A program made the position numbers and the translations under genes. Positions 59,119 through 64,000 of a stretch of 64,000 bases of DNA are shown one piece after another. The number at the start of each line of letters is the position of its first letter. Position 1 is the first letter of the stretch. Under the pieces are notes generated by a model. That model had not been told where the DNA came from. It did not search any database and worked only from the letters and a program-made list of their open reading frames with translations. The DNA is from Laetmonice hystrix (lineage: Eukaryota). Where the stretch lies: positions 17,670,001-17,734,000 of the forward strand of contig OZ249439.1 of the NCBI GenBank assembly GCA_965235115.1, written 5' to 3'.

Positions 59119-59181
59119 ACCCTGTTTCAGGCCGATGCGCTGTAATGACCCGCTGTATCTGTACCCTGTTTCAGGCCGATG
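59119..59181 (+). repeat. Right part of the 44-bp acceptor minisatellite (acceptors at 59130 and 59174; the latter is the functional one)
   Basis: The same unit resumes after the LINE tail; only after 59174 does GCCGATG continue as coding GAGTCGGAC. Confidence 0.95.
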
Positions 59182-60495
59182 AGTCGGACGAAGAAGACCA
59201 GTGTGCGCTGAGTGACAAGTGGCGATTCCAACGTAGTAGTCGGCGCTGGTCACGACGGGACTTGGACGACCTGCTGGTGCCATCTGGCGACCAAACAACG
59301 CAACAAGCCGGCGATGGTGGCGACAAGATGGGAATCGGGTCGTGCAGCAGTCATGACAGCGTTCTCACCGACAACGAAGAGAGTTTGAGCCAACTTGACG
59401 ATAGTCCACTTCTCCGCTCCAAGTCGGTTCATGTCCAACGCCATCATGGTTACATGCCGGACTCGCCTTCCTCAGAGGAGGCTCACCAGTCCCCGGTCAG
59501 TCTGCACGCGCCCTATAGTGGCGGCAGTCAGAAGGGGGAGAGAAGGAGCGGGTCGCCAATGAGCCCCGGCCTGAGGCGCGCTGCCAGTGAAAGGTTCAGA
59601 GGTGCTAAAATCTTCTTGAAACGAATTGAAAGTTTCAAGTCTTCTAAAAAGTTAAAGAAAAGCAAGCACCAGACGCCTAGTACGAGTAGTACAGGGCCTG
59701 GTGTTAACAAGGTGGAGATCAGCGGGCCAGTAGTGGCCGACTCGACCAGTTTACAGGAACGTATGGAACGGTTGGGCTGTGTGGACATCAGTCCGTCAGA
59801 CGAAACCACTCCCCTCGTGGAGAATGTAACACTCCGCCAGAGATCAGTAGACTCGAGTCATTCACCACGTACCTCCTCTGACAGAACCCCGGACTCCTCC
59901 ACCGCCGGACTCTCTCCCTCCAGTAAACGAAATGGACGAATCTTCCTCGACTCGAGCAGCTCCTACCCGAGTGCCAGCTCCACCCTGAGTGAAGCTCAGT
60001 CCCAGTCAGAGGATCCCTTACTGATTCTTGACAATCATTTAACTCCTCCCCCGACAGTCTATCCAGGCGGCCATCGAAGGAACCACAGCAGTTCCGACAT
60101 TATGGACATTCAGGCTGGGGGTGGGGGTGACCAAAAACAGGGTTCTTTCCCCATGCTAGTTTCAAACGGCTACATCGAAATGGGAAATGGTAATCAAATA
60201 AATTATCGGACTGGAAGCTTTAATCTTGGTAGCGAGAGTGAGGACTATCGGGACAGTTTGGTACGGCGGAAGGCTGCCAGTAAGTCGGCACCCAGTGCTA
60301 GCCCAGAGAAAGTGGTCGAAGCTCCGACTCGGCGGCAGACACGTAAGGACGTCAGTACAGAGAACCGACTCAGTATCTACGACAACGTACCAGTGTCAGA
60401 CGTATCGGACCCCCAGCACGAGCTCGATATGATCCTTCATGACCTCTTCAAGAACATCAACGGACTGAGCCAGAGTTTGGGACAGTCGGTTCTAG
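59175..60495 (+). CDS. DLC1/STARD13: DLC-family RhoGAP, large Ser-rich exon (440 codons + 1 nt)
   Basis: Phase 0 from SAM exon 3. Encodes ADESDEEDQCALSDKWRFQRSSRRWSR, SSHDSVLTD, AKIFLKRIESF, EISGP, INYRTGSFNLG, RLSIYDNVP and ELDMILHDL, all collinear with DLC1/STARD13 blocks. TAG|GTGAGT donor. Confidence 0.96.
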
Positions 60496-61543
60496 GTGAG
60501 TCATATTTACCGGTACGGTTTGTTTGTTAGAAGTATCAACAATTTGTCTACTGTAACCGAAATCAGGTGCCACTGTGAGGTTTGATAATATCGATAGTAC
60601 TTTGAGAACTGCGTAGTTGATGTTTCTAGTGAGGGATCTGATTACTGTATACGTGATTACTTTCCTTCCTGGTCTCCAAAGTTATTACCTTTTTGCGGGG
60701 AATGACATGAACAGCTGCAGGAAAAGTTTATCACATTATTATGACTGCTGACGCTAGTATTAACGCAGAAGTGGAACGCTATGATAAAGAAGTCTAAAGT
60801 CGCTTTCCCACTGGCAGATAGTTTGCAAGGTAAAGAATTTATTAACATCAAATATCAACTGATCAAATGGTACACATGAACTGGCCGTTGCCAGGTCGAC
60901 ACGTGCATTGAGTATTGTGCGTCATAATCAGGTAATCACACCTGAGTGGGGAAAGGGGCGGAGGCTGAGCGTGGGGAAACCCATTGGCCGTGAGAGTGAG
61001 GTCTCCTGTCCGCCGGTACAGCCTTCACTTGATGGTCTCAGAGCCAGCCGCCACGGGCTGACAGGTAACCGAGGCAGTTGGCAGATAGTAGTACGCCATC
61101 TACAGTTTAATGAGACTGTCCCCGAGCCATAGACCGCCAAACGGTCCCAAAGTCTGGCTCATCAACGTGCAAGTCGCTGCTGTCCGAGGGTGAGAGGCTG
61201 AAGACGGCAGATGGCACCTGTTTCAGAGCGTATGTCACTTGCGTTATTCAGTCAACAGCGCAGGCAAGATGTCCTACGTAGTACGTGTATATCCTTGCTT
61301 CGTAGGTGTTTCCTGCCATAGACTTGTCACAGAAATTCGACCATATTTGTTTGTTCAAAGTTTGAGGATTAGTTTATTCTGTTGTATTCACATATACATG
61401 ATTAGACATAGAGCTATCATAGTACTCGATACCATATAATATTTAGATTTTCCATCAAGACGAAGTACTAAGGCCAACTATTTAATTCACACAGCAAGTG
61501 TCTGCGCGTGGTCAGGTGGTGGAAGTTATGAGTCACCACCCAG

Positions 61544-61558
61544 AGCGCCCTCTGGCGG
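61544..61558 (-). promoter_or_regulatory. CTCF-like motif
   Basis: Minus strand reads CCGCCAGAGGGCGCT, near-canonical. Motif match only. Confidence 0.55.
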
Positions 61559-63426
61559 AATGTGTAAGAAACCCTGTGGCCGCACCTGTACAGTATACCT
61601 GTCCAGATGACTTCTTATAGTACATGTACATGTGGTCGGGTCTACTTTCCAGATGAATGACTCCTAACGTTCCGGAAACACGTATCGCCGTAGTTTCCTT
61701 ATCCGCTGTTCAATTATTGAAGCTGTTTCAGAAGGGGGTTCAGAAGAAGGGGGTTCAGAACCAGAAGGGTCTTAATTAATAGAAGGCCAGAGACTTGTCA
61801 CAGAAACCACCCACCACCACCAAGTCGGGTAGGCCTTTTGTTGCCAAACTTATACAAGTTAGGCAGCTTACCCCCAGCCCCACCTCCTAGGAGTGGGTAT
61901 GTGTTCAGACACTGATGGGGATGAGGTGTTTTGTTCACTGGGCGTTGCTGTAGTTGTTTCGCAATGTTTCATTGACCTGCTTGCCACTGTAATGGCCTTC
62001 ATTTCTCCTTCCCATGGCCCGATCTGGTATGTCGTGTGTGGCCGTATTGTTTTTAATGGCCATTCTAATTCGGACTTGATCCGCCTAGATTGTATGGTTT
62101 TAGGCGTGAGTATGTAGTAGGGTGTTTTATTATGAACCAGTCGCAGAGAAAGGATGAGGTAGTGTTGTGGTTAGGGCGGGGACCACAGGCCCTGGCAGGC
62201 GGCGAGCCATCAGCCTACCGGCTGCGGGGCGGCAGAGGGCGCCGCGCTCCAGGTAACCTCAGCGCCACCTATCGTCGAGTGGACGCACAATGACCACAGC
62301 GCCACACCCTCTCTTGTACAATATTCCACATACACACACTTTGCTGACACAGAATGACTCACGACATTCCCAGACAAAAATTGGCAATTACTTGTGCAAT
62401 TGATCGTTCTTTTTGTGCAAAACGCCGGTCGACAATAGGGGGAGGGAGAGAGTAGGTAGGCATAAGTCGAGCATGTGTCGGGTCGTACACGCAGCGGTTT
62501 ATAGATGAGATCATAGAGACGTATTGCCAGTGTCCGTATCCCTCCTCACTATGGTATCAACCTGTGCCTTGATGAACCGGGTGGTTTTTCATGGTCACCA
62601 CCAGCCACATGAAAGATCTCGGTCGAAGTTACAATCATTTCAAACACTGGGCTCCTAGTGGGGGCATCTTGCTCGCACTTTTGAAACAGATAAAATACAT
62701 TATTTAATGGAAGAATGCCAATATTTTTCCGTTGGGACATTATGAGTGTCCCAGAATTTCACACTGATCGTATGAAACAAGTACATTGTGTGGTGAATTG
62801 CGCGCCAGTTGTCACACTGTGGGTGAGGCTCAGTGATGTGGGAGGCCCGTGAAGACGGCGGTCGGTGATGGGAGGGTGGTAGAGCCGTGAGCGCGGTGAG
62901 TCGTGCATGACACAGGGAAGTTTGTTCACGGTGTCTGGTCACATCCTTCATCCACTTTCTCCACGTGTCGGCCAAGTGTGCAGTGGTAAACTAGTGTAGA
63001 TCTCAACCGTTTGTTATCATAGACAGGGCCTCTGTACCCAAGGTGAAAGGTAGGGATGATAACTCGCAACATCCTAATGTAGAGAACCGTGCCGACTGTA
63101 CGAGGTCCTGCACTGTCTGCGTACATAGTGACACCCCAGGATCCAGAGTCATTCAGTGTACCAGTGAGAGCCACCGTACAAGGAAGTGGTTGGTTTCGGC
63201 CCTCCGCCCCAGAGAACACAGTGTATAACTACAAACGGGAAGGACAACATTAAGTGAGATTAGCCGGCATACGAACAGAAGGAGACTGACAGCCAGACTG
63301 AGTGCAGGATCCCGGGTGTCCCGGGGGTACGGCAGGTGTTGTTAGAATCGTGGTGGTACCTACCGGGTACTGGGTACCGCCCCCATCACGATCAGTACGG
63401 AGTCGTGTCTCTGTTGGTGCGGATTG

Positions 63427-63571
63427 ATGCCGAAGTGTTGTTGTTCTCACAAACGGCGACATGCGAGGAAAAGGAGACAGAGTTATGGGATCAGTCCGGT
63501 GACGAACAGCGACCATGGCAGCTCCTTACGAATAATGTGGACTTCGCCATCCTCTGGTCACGGCCCATCAG
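63427..63571 (+). CDS. Candidate internal first exon for a short isoform (MPKCCCSHKRRHARKRRQSYGISPVTNSDHGSSLRIMWTSPSSGHGPS + G)
   Basis: First ATG after an in-frame TAG at 63343, 48 open codons, CAG|GTATTT phase-1 donor (same phase as the large exon's donor). Kozak context is weak. Confidence 0.3.
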
Positions 63572-64000
63572 GTATTTCACCCCTAGCCTCGCTGCTATGT
63601 GCATGTTATCCATGCTAACCGGGGCAACAATCACATGTGTCATAGACTCAGACTTTTGGACTGATGTAAAGGGGGGGGGGATACAAGAGTGATAATGTAG
63701 CTTGGGTTGGTTGGATAATTACACGGGTCAAGGGTAGAGGTTTAATGACCTTAACCTAGGCGTTTTCACATGGAGACATTAACCGGGAGATAACAAATAA
63801 ATAAGGCATCGTGTGATAAAATTGTATTCCCTCAGAGGGTTGCGCCAATTTGAATCAATCGGGGAGGGCAGGAGGGGTAGGAATATGACCTGCACTTGTA
63901 GCATCTGTTGGTCTGTGCTGTCAAAATGTAAACCTGTATGGATGAGCCAATTTGTCTTAAAACAACGTATTTATTTCTTTTAACAACTGATAGCCAAATT

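Noticed and set aside
60496-64000. Next conserved DLC exon (RRDSGVG / RhoGAP region)
   Set aside because: No phase-1 acceptor with a matching peptide was found; it presumably lies beyond the window.

Overview
Eukaryotic genomic DNA, probably from a non-vertebrate bilaterian (inferred from GT-AG introns, CTCF-like motifs and protein divergence). The window holds the 5' part of one large plus-strand gene, a DLC1/STARD13/STARD8 (fly crossveinless-c) family SAM-RhoGAP-START gene. Four coding exons splice in frame: three SAM-domain exons (40878-40949, 50917-50998, 55123-55183) and a 1321-nt Ser-rich exon (59175-60495) carrying the SIYDNV and LD-like motifs. The RhoGAP and START exons were not found and presumably lie downstream. 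The 40 kb upstream contain many short ATG-to-donor segments whose phase-1 donors fit the first SAM exon, suggesting an array of alternative first exons, several with Cys-rich N-termini. There is also a candidate cassette exon and two acceptor-donor (recursive-type) junctions. The most striking feature is that the acceptor of the large exon has itself been amplified into a 44-bp minisatellite, giving 13 tandem copies of the 3' splice site. The 12 decoy copies would all read A-D-A-L-stop, and a young 5'-truncated CR1/L2-group LINE with an uninterrupted ORF is inserted inside the array. Other content: an antisense Gypsy LTR-gag-protease fragment, a TTAA-flanked Kolobok-like MITE, a composite MITE, and about 6 kb of tandem repeats. 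No tRNA, rRNA or CRISPR array was seen. All analysis was by eye; exon calls other than the four conserved ones need RNA evidence.
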